Source: a virus
DNA: 46,037 nt
Reading direction: 5' to 3' (one strand)
Virus record (IMG/VR): IMGVR_UViG_3300045988_153867
Under the pieces are notes generated by a model. It searched no databases. It saw only the letters and a program-made list of their open reading frames with translations, and was not told where the DNA came from. The position numbers and the translations under genes were made by a program. Below, piece by piece: positions 35,152-42,944 of the stretch (the first letter of the stretch is position 1; each line of letters starts with the position of its first letter).

Positions 35152-35541
35152 GTGAAAATCGTGTATGAAAAAATATATAATCATCGGTATTGGATTATTG
35201 TGGTCATTATTATTGCTTGTATCGCTGCCTGCTGTATGTTCTGCGGAGGAACTTCCGGAGACAATAACGATGTCTCGGGAACAGTTCAACGAATTACAGA
35301 CGATAATAAACAGACAGGAGAATCTATTGACCGAGCTGTCGAACATGTCGGCAGTGCAGGAGATGAACTCGAGCGAGCTGAAGAAGCTAATCGAAGAGCA
35401 GCGTTTATCCTATCAGAAAATCAAAAGCGAGCTAACGAGTGCGCAGGAATCATTATTGAACTCCAAAAAAACAATAGCAGAGCAAAACAAATCCTTGCAG
35501 ACGTTGAGCGAGCAAATAAAGAAAGAACAATCCAAAAGTGA
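35152..35541 (+). CDS. Candidate lipoprotein with a coiled-coil region (spanin-like), overlapping 35165..35617 in another frame
   Basis: 129-codon open frame. The N-terminal signal has a lipobox-like IAAC. A GTG at 35161 lies 8 nt after GGAG. Confidence 0.4.
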   Translation: MKIVYEKIYNHRYWIIVVIIIACIAACCMFCGGTSGDNNDVSGTVQRITDDNKQTGESIDRAVEHVGSAGDELERAEEANRRAAFILSENQKRANECAGIIIELQKNNSRAKQILADVERANKERTIQK

Positions 35542-35617
35542 GCTTAAGCAAAAACAAAAGGCTTTATGGGGATTTATCGGAGGGGCATTAGTTGGAGCGA
35601 TAGCAGCGAGCAGGTGA
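35165..35617 (+). CDS. Signal/TM plus coiled-coil plus C-terminal TM protein (spanin-like)
   Basis: ATG start. N-terminal hydrophobic segment, a long heptad-like region, and the C-terminal hydrophobic segment ALWGFIGGALVGAIAA. Confidence 0.55.
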   Translation: MKKYIIIGIGLLWSLLLLVSLPAVCSAEELPETITMSREQFNELQTIINRQENLLTELSNMSAVQEMNSSELKKLIEEQRLSYQKIKSELTSAQESLLNSKKTIAEQNKSLQTLSEQIKKEQSKSELKQKQKALWGFIGGALVGAIAASR

Positions 35618-35621
35618 TTAT

Positions 35622-35864
35622 ATGGATAATTGCCGATTGCAGGCAAGAGATTGGCTTTCTCGATCTACCCGTAAGGAATTTGAAGCAATAATCCAGGAAG
35701 CCAAGTTAACGCCACGGCAGATGGAAATTATTGAACTGAAGTTTATTCACGATCTCAAAAATTATCAAATAGCAATGCGAATAGATACGTCAGTGCAAAC
35801 GGTCGAAAGAGATTTGCGGCAGGCGTATAATTCGGTTAAGAGAGTATTAAAGGCGGTCACATGA
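35622..35864 (+). CDS. Sigma-70 region-4-like HTH transcriptional regulator
   Basis: LTPRQMEIIELKF...NYQIAMRIDTSVQTVERDLRQA resembles sigma region 4. Confidence 0.6.
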   Translation: MDNCRLQARDWLSRSTRKEFEAIIQEAKLTPRQMEIIELKFIHDLKNYQIAMRIDTSVQTVERDLRQAYNSVKRVLKAVT

Positions 35865-35888
35865 TAAGTGTGACTGCCTTATTTTTTA
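35850..35888 (+). terminator. Rho-independent terminator
   Basis: AAGGCGGTCACA..TGTGACTGCCTT stem followed by ATTTTTTA. Confidence 0.8.
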
Positions 35889-35977
35889 TGTCTTGGTGAG
35901 GGAAATATGAAGGAATGTTGACGGATTATAAAGGCTGATTTAAGCGATAATTTAAGTAAGAAACGGAGGCGATAACA

Positions 35978-36427
35978 ATGTATGGAATAAATCCCTACGC
36001 TCCTGTAAATCCTGCAATGGCGGGAGTGACACAGCAGCGTTTAGCCAATTACCAATCACAAATGCCGCAGATGTCTACATATCAGCCACAGCAGTTTGTA
36101 CCGCAGCCACCTATGCCTTTGATGATGAAAGGACGTACAGTAGCCAGCTTAGACGAAGTAAAGGCTGCTCAAATTGATTTGGATGGAAGCCTTACATATT
36201 TTCCTTGCCCGGCAGACAGCTGCATATATGCAAAGTATATTGATATGAATGGGATGCCGGTAATACAAAATTATAAATTGTCGCTTGAAAAAGAGCCGGT
36301 TCCGAAGAGATACGCTGATGCGGAATTAGTTGAAGCTCTGCAGCAAAAAGTAAATTCTTTAGAACGATATGTGAAGGGGGAGACAGTAAGTGCAAATGAA
36401 TCCGTTGACAATGATGCAAATGTTTAA
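35978..36427 (+). CDS. Q/P-rich hypothetical protein (cargo cluster)
   Basis: ORF track frame with a GGAGG RBS. Confidence 0.55.
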   Translation: MYGINPYAPVNPAMAGVTQQRLANYQSQMPQMSTYQPQQFVPQPPMPLMMKGRTVASLDEVKAAQIDLDGSLTYFPCPADSCIYAKYIDMNGMPVIQNYKLSLEKEPVPKRYADAELVEALQQKVNSLERYVKGETVSANESVDNDANV

Positions 36428-36629
36428 CCAAATCAAGGGCAGCAATAACCCTATGGGTATGATGCAGCAAATGTTTGGTAATAACCCTATGTTCGGGCGT
36501 GCTATGGAAATGGCACAAGGTAAGTCGCCTGAGCAGCTAAAAGAAACTGTTATGAATCTTGCAAAACAACGTGGTATTGATCCGCAGCAAGCTCAGCAAA
36601 TGCTTTCTCAATTTGGTATTAAAATCTGA
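36390..36629 (+). CDS. Met/Gln-rich small hypothetical protein (cargo cluster)
   Basis: ORF track frame. GTG sits 7 nt after AAGGGGGAG. Confidence 0.5.
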   Translation: MQMNPLTMMQMFNQIKGSNNPMGMMQQMFGNNPMFGRAMEMAQGKSPEQLKETVMNLAKQRGIDPQQAQQMLSQFGIKI

Positions 36630-36680
36630 TCGGTGGCCACCAGATGATTTTAAACAATAAATTTAAAGGAGATGTTCTAT

Positions 36681-37316
36681 ATGACTATGGAAGGTAGTGG
36701 CGTAATGCCTGTATATGATCTGAATAACCGTACCGCAGCAGCAGACGGCGCCGGGTTTGGCGGCGGCTGGATGTGGGTAGTAATGTTATTCTTCCTGCTT
36801 GCCTGGGGCGGCGGTGGATTCGGTGGTTTCGGAGGCGGCGCTAATGGTGCTGTAAATACTTTGACTAATGAATTTCTTTATACCAATCTGAATAGTACTT
36901 TAGATCGTGGTTTTAATCAACTCGCAAATCAAAACTTCGGTATTCAAAAAGACTTATGTCAAGGCTTCGGCGGTGTTCAGGCTGCTATTGCTCAGTCCAC
37001 CTTCGCTGCTCAACAGTGCTGCTGCGAAACCAATCGTAACATTGACGCGGTTCGTTACGAGAATGCTAAAAACACTTGTGACATTACCTCTGCTATTCAT
37101 GCGGAAGGTGAAGCAACTCGCGCATTAATGACTGCGAATGTTATGCAGGAACTGCGTGACCAACTGCAAGCTGCTCAGCTGCAACTTGGAACTTTGGCTC
37201 AGACTTCTAACATCATTAATGCGGTACGTCCGTTCCCGCAGCCGGCTTACATCACTTGCAGCCCGTATCAATCTGCAACCGGTGTTTATGGCTGTGGCGG
37301 TTGTGGCACCGTGTAA
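36681..37316 (+). CDS. Gly-rich membrane-associated, Cys-rich hypothetical protein (cargo cluster)
   Basis: GFGGGWMWVVMLFFLLAWGGGGFGG segment, plus QQCCCETNR and CGGCG motifs. ATG sits 9 nt after AAAGGAG. Confidence 0.6.
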   Translation: MTMEGSGVMPVYDLNNRTAAADGAGFGGGWMWVVMLFFLLAWGGGGFGGFGGGANGAVNTLTNEFLYTNLNSTLDRGFNQLANQNFGIQKDLCQGFGGVQAAIAQSTFAAQQCCCETNRNIDAVRYENAKNTCDITSAIHAEGEATRALMTANVMQELRDQLQAAQLQLGTLAQTSNIINAVRPFPQPAYITCSPYQSATGVYGCGGCGTV

Positions 37317-37325
37317 TTCCGCTTA

Positions 37326-37370
37326 AAGCGTGACTATTAACAGGGGAGCTGTCACGCTTCCCTGTTTTTT
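37326..37370 (+). terminator. Rho-independent terminator
   Basis: AAGCGTGAC..GTCACGCTT perfect 9-bp stem followed by CCCTGTTTTTT. Confidence 0.65.
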
Positions 37371-37390
37371 ATTAAGGAGATGAAATAAAA

Positions 37391-37801
37391 ATGGCAACGT
37401 GTAATTGCAGGACGATTTTAACAACCGATGTAGCGGTTACAGGGAATAACCTTGTATTAACTATTCCGGAAGGAACTTATGTAAATTGTGAGAACTACGT
37501 TATTCGAGTAGCTCAAGATATTCCTTCTACAGCGACAAATTTGATGCCGGTAGTAATTCAAATCGGTACGGCAGCAACGCAGTACCCGGTACTACGCAAA
37601 TGCGGTCATCATTTATATGCTAATCAGATAAGAACACGCAGAAATTATATTTTGAAGGTAGCAGCAGATACTAGCTCATTTGTGCTTATTTGCGGCTATA
37701 TCTGCGCATATAACTGCGGTGCTGTAGCAAGCTTGCCTGTGCCTGTTACGCCTACTGCTGCTGTAGCAGAGAGCAAAAAGGCGGTGAGCAAAGATGCATA
37801 A
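37391..37801 (+). CDS. Cys-rich hypothetical protein (cargo cluster)
   Basis: ORF track frame with an AAGGAG RBS. MATCNC... and ICGYICAYNCG motifs are present. Confidence 0.55.
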   Translation: MATCNCRTILTTDVAVTGNNLVLTIPEGTYVNCENYVIRVAQDIPSTATNLMPVVIQIGTAATQYPVLRKCGHHLYANQIRTRRNYILKVAADTSSFVLICGYICAYNCGAVASLPVPVTPTAAVAESKKAVSKDA

Positions 37802-38252
37802 GTACGTGGAATACCTTGAAAAGATTGCCGGTGATCGTGAAAAAGAAAAAGAGCTTGTTGAAATAATCAGTGAAGCTCTTGAGAGAATCAAGAAGCATTG
37901 CCCCGATGAATTTTATGGAGCTATGTACAAAATCCATTGCTTGATCTGCGGCCCGCACTTTGATGACCGTTTAGCGGAGAAAGCTGTTTCTCATATGAAA
38001 AATGTCGATGGTACTCATGGTGAGCACTGGAGCATGGAGCAAACAAATTCTCTTGCTGCCAAGCATGATATCAAAGAAAAGGCTGACTTCTATTATGTAA
38101 TGAATATGATGCATAGTGACTACGCCGATGTCTTAGGCAGTGATGTAGGAACGTATGTAAAAATGGCTAAAGCATATATGGAAGATCCTGATGCAGCAGA
38201 GGGTAAAGTTTTCTGTACATGGTTGGGACAAATGCGTCGAAAAGAAGAGTAA
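37794..38252 (+). CDS. Conserved hypothetical protein (cargo cluster)
   Basis: ORF track frame. The DGTHGEHWSMEQT...YYVMNMMHSDY pattern is recalled from Firmicutes and phage hypotheticals. Confidence 0.55.
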   Translation: MHKYVEYLEKIAGDREKEKELVEIISEALERIKKHCPDEFYGAMYKIHCLICGPHFDDRLAEKAVSHMKNVDGTHGEHWSMEQTNSLAAKHDIKEKADFYYVMNMMHSDYADVLGSDVGTYVKMAKAYMEDPDAAEGKVFCTWLGQMRRKEE

Positions 38253-38500
38253 TGATGAAATTGTAACATTGTGTGTTGTGAGAAAAACCAGTTTAAATGT
38301 AATTTGTATGTAACAAAAAGCCCCGAAAATGGCTTGAATACGTTATGTGTAATTACCCTGCGAATAACAAATTTGATACAATGTTGCATAGAAAAATCCC
38401 ACGACCATGCGGTTTGTGGGATTTTTTAATTATCTGAAATGTCCATAAAAATCATTAAAATTTAGGGTGTATGTAACAAATATGTAACAGAATTCCTGAT
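38253..38500. promoter_or_regulatory. Probable attP region with repeated (T)ATGTAACA arm-type motifs and a hairpin at 38392..38427
   Basis: Non-coding stretch adjacent to int. TGTAACA occurs four times, twice in tandem at about 38470-38490. The hairpin is AAAAATCCCAC..GTGGGATTTTT. Confidence 0.5.
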
Positions 38501-39517
38501 TTAAATTTGATTTATAGCGTCTACAAGTTGCCGAATTGTCTTATGAGTGTAAACTTTTTCGGTGATATCGGTAGTAGCGTGTCCAAGTATTTTTTTGATA
38601 ATTTTATCTGGGACTTGAGCATTATCCAAAAGTGTTGCACAGGTATGGCGTCCATCATGGGGGTAGTGCTTTAGTTCTACAAGCTTCATTGCTGGAGCAA
38701 ATAATTTCCTTCTGAAAGTATCATACTCTACTTTTTTATTTTCATAAGTTAAAAGGTAGTCGTTATTTTGTTCATACAGCCTTTTGATAAATGGGAATAT
38801 TTTTTGTGCTATAGGAATAACCCTGTCTTTGCCAGCTTTGGTTTTTATTCCGCCTAACATATATCTTTCGTCAAGATGGACGTTACTATGCTTTAGTGTC
38901 ATTAACTCTGTAGGACGCATTCCGGTATAACATAGTATGAGCACAATTTGGATATTAATATCGTCTGCGTGAAGCCATAACATATTAAGTTCTTCTGTTG
39001 TAAATGGTTTGTGTACTTCACTTTTTATATCAGGAGGGAGCTCAATAAGAGAAGCGTAATTTTTATCAATTACATCATTGGCTAAACAATAATTAGATAG
39101 TCGATTAAAAAGTATTTTTATATTCTTTTTTGTAGCCCTACTTTTATTACAATCATCAACTATTTTCTGCATTGCAGATAGTTTTATATCTGGAAATGCC
39201 ATGTAATGAACTGGAGTACACCATGCAAAAGAAGAAGTATAAGCATGTGGTATTTTAATATCTTTGCTTATATATTTCTCATTACAAAAAGATTCATAAA
39301 TTTCCTTGAAAGTTGTTTTACGAGCAATCGGATTATATGGATTTTTGTTATACTCGGCCAGCATAGCAAGAGCTTCGTTACGTGTAGTATAATATCCTAA
39401 CACAGACATTAGCTGTTTACCTTCGTTATCGTAACCAGTCGTTATGCGAACCATAAAAGGCTTGCGTCTTTTCCCAGATAATTTTGTTATACTGCCATAA
39501 CCATTTGGTAGTCGCAT
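38501..39517 (-). CDS. int: Tyrosine integrase
   Basis: N-terminal LPNGYGSI.KLSGKRRKPF DNA-binding motif. Catalytic R (GMRPTEL), HxxR (HDGRHTCAT), and H...Y (GHATTDITEKVYTH) are present. Confidence 0.9.
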   Translation of the reverse strand: MRLPNGYGSITKLSGKRRKPFMVRITTGYDNEGKQLMSVLGYYTTRNEALAMLAEYNKNPYNPIARKTTFKEIYESFCNEKYISKDIKIPHAYTSSFAWCTPVHYMAFPDIKLSAMQKIVDDCNKSRATKKNIKILFNRLSNYCLANDVIDKNYASLIELPPDIKSEVHKPFTTEELNMLWLHADDINIQIVLILCYTGMRPTELMTLKHSNVHLDERYMLGGIKTKAGKDRVIPIAQKIFPFIKRLYEQNNDYLLTYENKKVEYDTFRRKLFAPAMKLVELKHYPHDGRHTCATLLDNAQVPDKIIKKILGHATTDITEKVYTHKTIRQLVDAINQI

Positions 39518-39537
39518 TTTTTCACTCCTATACTATA

Positions 39538-39563
39538 ATACCCCAGCTTAATGGCTGGGGTAT
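39538..39563. terminator. Hairpin between the repressor and integrase genes
   Basis: ATACCCCAGC..GCTGGGGTAT stem. The T-run lies on the + strand side only, so its role as a minus-strand terminator is uncertain. Confidence 0.3.
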
Positions 39564-39577
39564 TTTGTTTTATATGG

Positions 39578-40222
39578 TTATTCATAGTTTCTGATTGATA
39601 ATACAACTCTACCCACAATAAATACACTATCATTTTTGTTATACACATGATCTGTAAAACGTGGATCGCTGGAATCAGGTTTGAATATTATTCTATCGTT
39701 TGCATCATAAAATCGTTTTAGACTATATTCATGTTCTTTACCAAATACAACCAGATCGCCATCTTTTAAATTTTTTACTTCTATATCTGTTTTTACAGCA
39801 ATAAAAGAACCACTAGGTATAACATTATTCATACTTTCGCCATTAACACGCATGATTAAAATATGTTTATTACCTGCATATTTGCCCATGATAGCGTCAG
39901 AAATACCTATCGTTGGTAATTCCTTTCGCCCTTCTATTGTGCATGGTATACCTGCTGCTACAGCGTCAGGAATGAATGGATATTGGAATGGAGAATCAGA
40001 AATATTATAATTTTTCTTTTCTAATAAATCAGATTTTTGCACTCCAAAGTGAGAAGCTATTTCTTCAACAGTATTCATTCGTGGAAACCTGGTTCCTAAC
40101 AACCAAGAAGAAACGACCGAACGATTTATATTTAAGGACTGAGCCAATTCTGTTTGAGTTTCGTTGTTTATATCTAAAAGTCTTTTTAGATTATCGCTAA
40201 AGATCTGTCTGTATAATTCCAT
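39578..40222 (-). CDS. CI-like repressor (XRE HTH plus S24 LexA-like peptidase domain)
   Basis: N-terminal HTH (TQTELAQSLNINRSVVSSW) and a C-terminal S24-like region (MRVNGESM...GDLVVF). It is divergent from the cro-like gene. Confidence 0.85.
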   Translation of the reverse strand: MELYRQIFSDNLKRLLDINNETQTELAQSLNINRSVVSSWLLGTRFPRMNTVEEIASHFGVQKSDLLEKKNYNISDSPFQYPFIPDAVAAGIPCTIEGRKELPTIGISDAIMGKYAGNKHILIMRVNGESMNNVIPSGSFIAVKTDIEVKNLKDGDLVVFGKEHEYSLKRFYDANDRIIFKPDSSDPRFTDHVYNKNDSVFIVGRVVLSIRNYE

Positions 40223-40246
40223 TTTTATCACCTCTGGTTAAATTAT

Positions 40247-40331
40247 AACACTTTTAGAAACAAAAACTCAACACTTTTTATTAAAAAAGTTTACGGAAAG
40301 TGTTGACACGCTACTTAAAGTAAACTATAAT
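40247..40331. promoter_or_regulatory. Immunity switch: three AACACTTT(T) operator half-sites and a consensus promoter TTGACA-17-TATAAT for the cro-like gene
   Basis: Motifs lie at 40247-40255 and 40270-40278, with an inverted copy at 40297-40304 overlapping the -35. Hexamers are at 40303-40308 and 40326-40331. Confidence 0.7.
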
Positions 40332-40356
40332 AAAGACATGAAAGGTGGTGTAATAA

Positions 40357-40584
40357 ATGACATTGAAAATATCGCTAAAAGCTGCACGAATAAACGCAGG
40401 ATTAACTCAGGAGGCTGTAGCAGCAATGTTAAAGAAAAGTAAAGTTACTATAATAAATTGGGAGAAGGGTAAAACATCGATTGACAAGGGTAATTTTGAT
40501 GCATTGTGCAGACTTTACTCGGTTGATGAGGACAATATTTTTTTGCCCTCTATCGCTACTAAAAGTAAACAGAAAGGAGACTAA
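40357..40584 (+). CDS. Cro-like XRE-family HTH regulator
   Basis: HTH segment LTQEAVAAMLKKSKVTIINWEKGK. It is divergent from the repressor gene. Confidence 0.8.
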   Translation: MTLKISLKAARINAGLTQEAVAAMLKKSKVTIINWEKGKTSIDKGNFDALCRLYSVDEDNIFLPSIATKSKQKGD

Positions 40585-40586
40585 CC

Positions 40587-40790
40587 ATGTTAAGTATCAA
40601 AGTTCCAACAGCAGCAAAAATCATGGGAAAATCAGAACAATTTGTCCGTATTGGATTACAAAGAAAATTACTTCCATTTGGAACTGCCGTAAAAGTTAGT
40701 GAAAGTCGTTATTCCTATCATATTAGTGCTGCACAATTTTGTGATTATATGGGGCTTACACCAGAAGAGTTAATAGCCCTGAAATATTAG
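40587..40790 (+). CDS. Small DNA-binding (HTH) protein
   Basis: The segment VPTAAKIMGKSEQFVRIGLQRK resembles an HTH. Confidence 0.5.
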   Translation: MLSIKVPTAAKIMGKSEQFVRIGLQRKLLPFGTAVKVSESRYSYHISAAQFCDYMGLTPEELIALKY

Positions 40791-40855
40791 AGGGGTATAG
40801 CGAAGAAAAAATTTGATTTTGAAGCAGCTCTAAAGGCTTTATAGGAGGTTTAATT

Positions 40856-41014
40856 ATGAGGTCACTAATCAAAGCAGCAGGAATAGCAGTAGTAATGAAA
40901 GAGAGTATTAATGAGCAGCCGTGTGTATGGGCATTAACAGCTTTGTCTATAGCAATAGTAGTTAAGCTGATATATGACATTGGTTACGCTATGGGGCAGG
41001 TGGCAGGCTTATGA
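40856..41014 (+). CDS. Small membrane protein, 52 aa
   Basis: Translated by hand. AGGAGG RBS and hydrophobic segments are present. Confidence 0.4.
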   Translation: MRSLIKAAGIAVVMKESINEQPCVWALTALSIAIVVKLIYDIGYAMGQVAGL

Positions 41015-41106
41015 TTAGAGATTTTACCGTAGCGACTACTGCAATATTTGTCGGAACATACGTAGCTATTATGGCTGCTGTAGTGACTGTAGGGGTGTTG
41101 AGATGA
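41011..41106 (+). CDS. Small hydrophobic peptide, 31 aa
   Basis: ATGA overlap with the upstream ORF. Translated as MIRDFTVATTAIFVGTYVAIMAAVVTVGVLR. Confidence 0.35.
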   Translation: MIRDFTVATTAIFVGTYVAIMAAVVTVGVLR

Positions 41107-41124
41107 ACGAAGGAGGAATAATTT

Positions 41125-41370
41125 ATGTTTAATAACAAAGTAGCACCGGATGATTATCAAAGCTTGAGAGAATGTTTTTTTTCCTTTGCTTCTGTGAATG
41201 AATTAACGATAAATGAAGCTGGTGATGTTTTAGAAAGACTGGCAGCGGATTTACAAAATCAGGTTTGTAGCGGGAAATATGGTTTGTCAGAAGGGTGTTG
41301 CGGAGAGACTGACAATAAAAAACCGGCCTGCCAATTTGGCAAACCGGTAAGTGGTTTACAACCATTATGA
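41125..41370 (+). CDS. Hypothetical protein
   Basis: ORF track frame with an AGGAGG RBS. Confidence 0.5.
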   Translation: MFNNKVAPDDYQSLRECFFSFASVNELTINEAGDVLERLAADLQNQVCSGKYGLSEGCCGETDNKKPACQFGKPVSGLQPL

Positions 41371-41439
41371 TTTCAATATTTTTGGGACTCTATATAAGTT
41401 ATGAACCCAGCATTAATTGTATGTAAGGGAGTGCAGAAA

Positions 41440-41631
41440 ATGATTATTGTAAATAATATTAATGTAACGAAAACAACACATGAAGACGTCGTAAGAGCAA
41501 TGATTTTCGAATTGCTGGATATAAGCGAGTTGGACGCAGAAAAACTTTTATTATCTTACGACAGATATAAAAAAGAAAGCAGGCACATAGAGAGTTTGGA
41601 TCTCGTAGTGCCTGCGGATAAGGGCAATTAA
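41440..41631 (+). CDS. Hypothetical small protein
   Basis: ATG follows an AGGGAG RBS. Confidence 0.45.
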   Translation: MIIVNNINVTKTTHEDVVRAMIFELLDISELDAEKLLLSYDRYKKESRHIESLDLVVPADKGN

Positions 41632-41906
41632 TATCTAGGTAGTTTTAGCAAATTGTCATTAGGGGTATCGTTGGGCTCAGAACGAACATATTTTTCTTGA
41701 TTAGAGCTTACACATGGAATTAAATCAGGATTCTTGCCTAGCTTGACTTTAATACAACCAGGATTATTTTTTACTGCATTGTGAACATTTGCTTTTTTAT
41801 AAAATTTTTCTTCTTTTGCACCTTCGATATAAATCTCGTCTATTTCTAATGTGCTATTAGAATTTCCGCAGCCTGGTTTCATTTTTATTTTTGTTGCATA
41901 CATCAT
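41628..41906 (-). CDS. DUF3892-like protein
   Basis: Starts MMYATKIKM after a GGAGGTG RBS. The pattern ...YVRSEPNDTPNDNLLKLP is recalled from DUF3892. Confidence 0.6.
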   Translation of the reverse strand: MMYATKIKMKPGCGNSNSTLEIDEIYIEGAKEEKFYKKANVHNAVKNNPGCIKVKLGKNPDLIPCVSSNQEKYVRSEPNDTPNDNLLKLPRY

Positions 41907-41957
41907 AATATCACCTCCGCATATAGTAATTATACCACAACAAGGAGAGCATTCAAG

Positions 41958-42134
41958 ATGAACAAAATTAAACAAATTCGTGAACAAAAAGGCCTGTCAA
42001 GGTATCAAGTCGCTAAAGCCAGTGGTGTTTGGTACAAGAATTTACGTGATATTGAAAATGGTAAAGACGTGACATTATCCACACTTAGGAAAATTGCAGC
42101 AGCAATGAACTGTGAAGTATCTGATTTAGTTTAG
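41958..42134 (+). CDS. XRE-family HTH protein, 58 aa
   Basis: Translated by hand as MNKIKQIREQKGLSRYQVAKASGVWYKNLRDIENGK.... AAGGAGAG RBS is present. Confidence 0.65.
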   Translation: MNKIKQIREQKGLSRYQVAKASGVWYKNLRDIENGKDVTLSTLRKIAAAMNCEVSDLV

Positions 42135-42266
42135 GAGGAGTGATTATGACAAAGCAAAAGAAAAAGAGCTACCGAAGTAGCAGCTTCGATAGCTCAGGTG
42201 GACTGTAAATTTTACGAAGTTTAGCGTCCACCTTCATTTTAGCAAAAGAATTGGAGGATTGCAAGT

Positions 42267-42443
42267 ATGGATAAATTTGATGATTTAGTATATTCGATTA
42301 GATATGAATTAGATGCAATGCAGGAAAATCTGAATAACACAGATGATTTGGACGGAAGCGAAGCTAAAGTAAATGTTTTGCTGAAATGGATTAAAAATAG
42401 CGCAAATACGATTGAAAATAAAATTGAAGATTGGGGCGTGTAA
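42267..42443 (+). CDS. Small hypothetical protein, 58 aa
   Basis: Translated by hand. GGAGG RBS is present. Confidence 0.45.
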   Translation: MDKFDDLVYSIRYELDAMQENLNNTDDLDGSEAKVNVLLKWIKNSANTIENKIEDWGV

Positions 42444-42445
42444 AT

Positions 42446-42934
42446 ATGAAACTTTATGAAATTAATCAACAATTAGAGCGGTTGCTAGAACTTGATACTG
42501 AAAGAATGGTAGATACTGAAACAGGTGAAATATTGACTGCCGAGGATATAGATCAGTTGAAGATGGATAGAGTAGAAAAGATTGAAGGCTGCCTTGTGGT
42601 TTACAAAAACAAAATGGCAGAAACAGCAGCCATTGAGGAAGAAATTAAAAGGCTGACGGAAAGAAAAGCCACCTTAAAAAATAAGGCGGAGTGGTTAAAA
42701 GGTTATGTAGCCTACGCTTTAAAGGGTGAAAAATTTGAGACTCCCAAAGGCGCAGTCAGCTACAAAAAAAGTGAGACTGTGGAAATTACCGATAAGGAGA
42801 AGCTGCCGACAGAATTTTTGAGAGTTGTTACATCAACATCACCTGACAAAGCGGCTATCAAGGCTGCGATCAAAGCTGGCAGTAAAATTGATGGGGCACA
42901 GGTAGTAGAGCATCAGAATGTGCAGATAAAGTGA
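42446..42934 (+). CDS. Gp157-family (siphovirus Gp157-like) protein
   Basis: Begins MKLYEINQQLERLLE..., has a coiled-coil region, and ends in a ..SYKKSETVEI.D...LP.EF pattern. It lies upstream of the annealase gene. Confidence 0.65.
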   Translation: MKLYEINQQLERLLELDTERMVDTETGEILTAEDIDQLKMDRVEKIEGCLVVYKNKMAETAAIEEEIKRLTERKATLKNKAEWLKGYVAYALKGEKFETPKGAVSYKKSETVEITDKEKLPTEFLRVVTSTSPDKAAIKAAIKAGSKIDGAQVVEHQNVQIK

Positions 42935-42944
42935 GGTTGAGGAC

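Noticed and set aside
35165-35245. Unimolecular spanin call based on a lipoprotein signal in frame B
   Set aside because: The only Cys has Val at -1 (LPAVC), which is not a canonical lipobox. AVCSA could equally be a signal peptidase I site. It is kept only as one alternative in the dual-frame finding.
36907-37326. Same-strand alternative-frame ORFs (36907..37128, 37138..37326) inside the Gly/Cys-rich cargo gene
   Set aside because: Unlike the 35152/35165 pair, they lack start-proximal RBS sequences and export signals. They are short and are treated as chance frames in a locally G+C-richer gene.
38501-39517. Assigning the tyrosine integrase as the fibre-segment invertase
   Set aside because: I see no sequence resemblance between the 31-bp repeats and the attP-adjacent motifs. 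It remains a hypothesis to test, not a call.
40284-40300. AAAAAAGTTTACGGAAAG in the immunity region, considered as a third full copy of the late-promoter motif
   Set aside because: Only the first roughly 13 nt match, and the downstream GAGTTAAAATA block is absent. It may simply be an A-tract UP-like element of the cro promoter.
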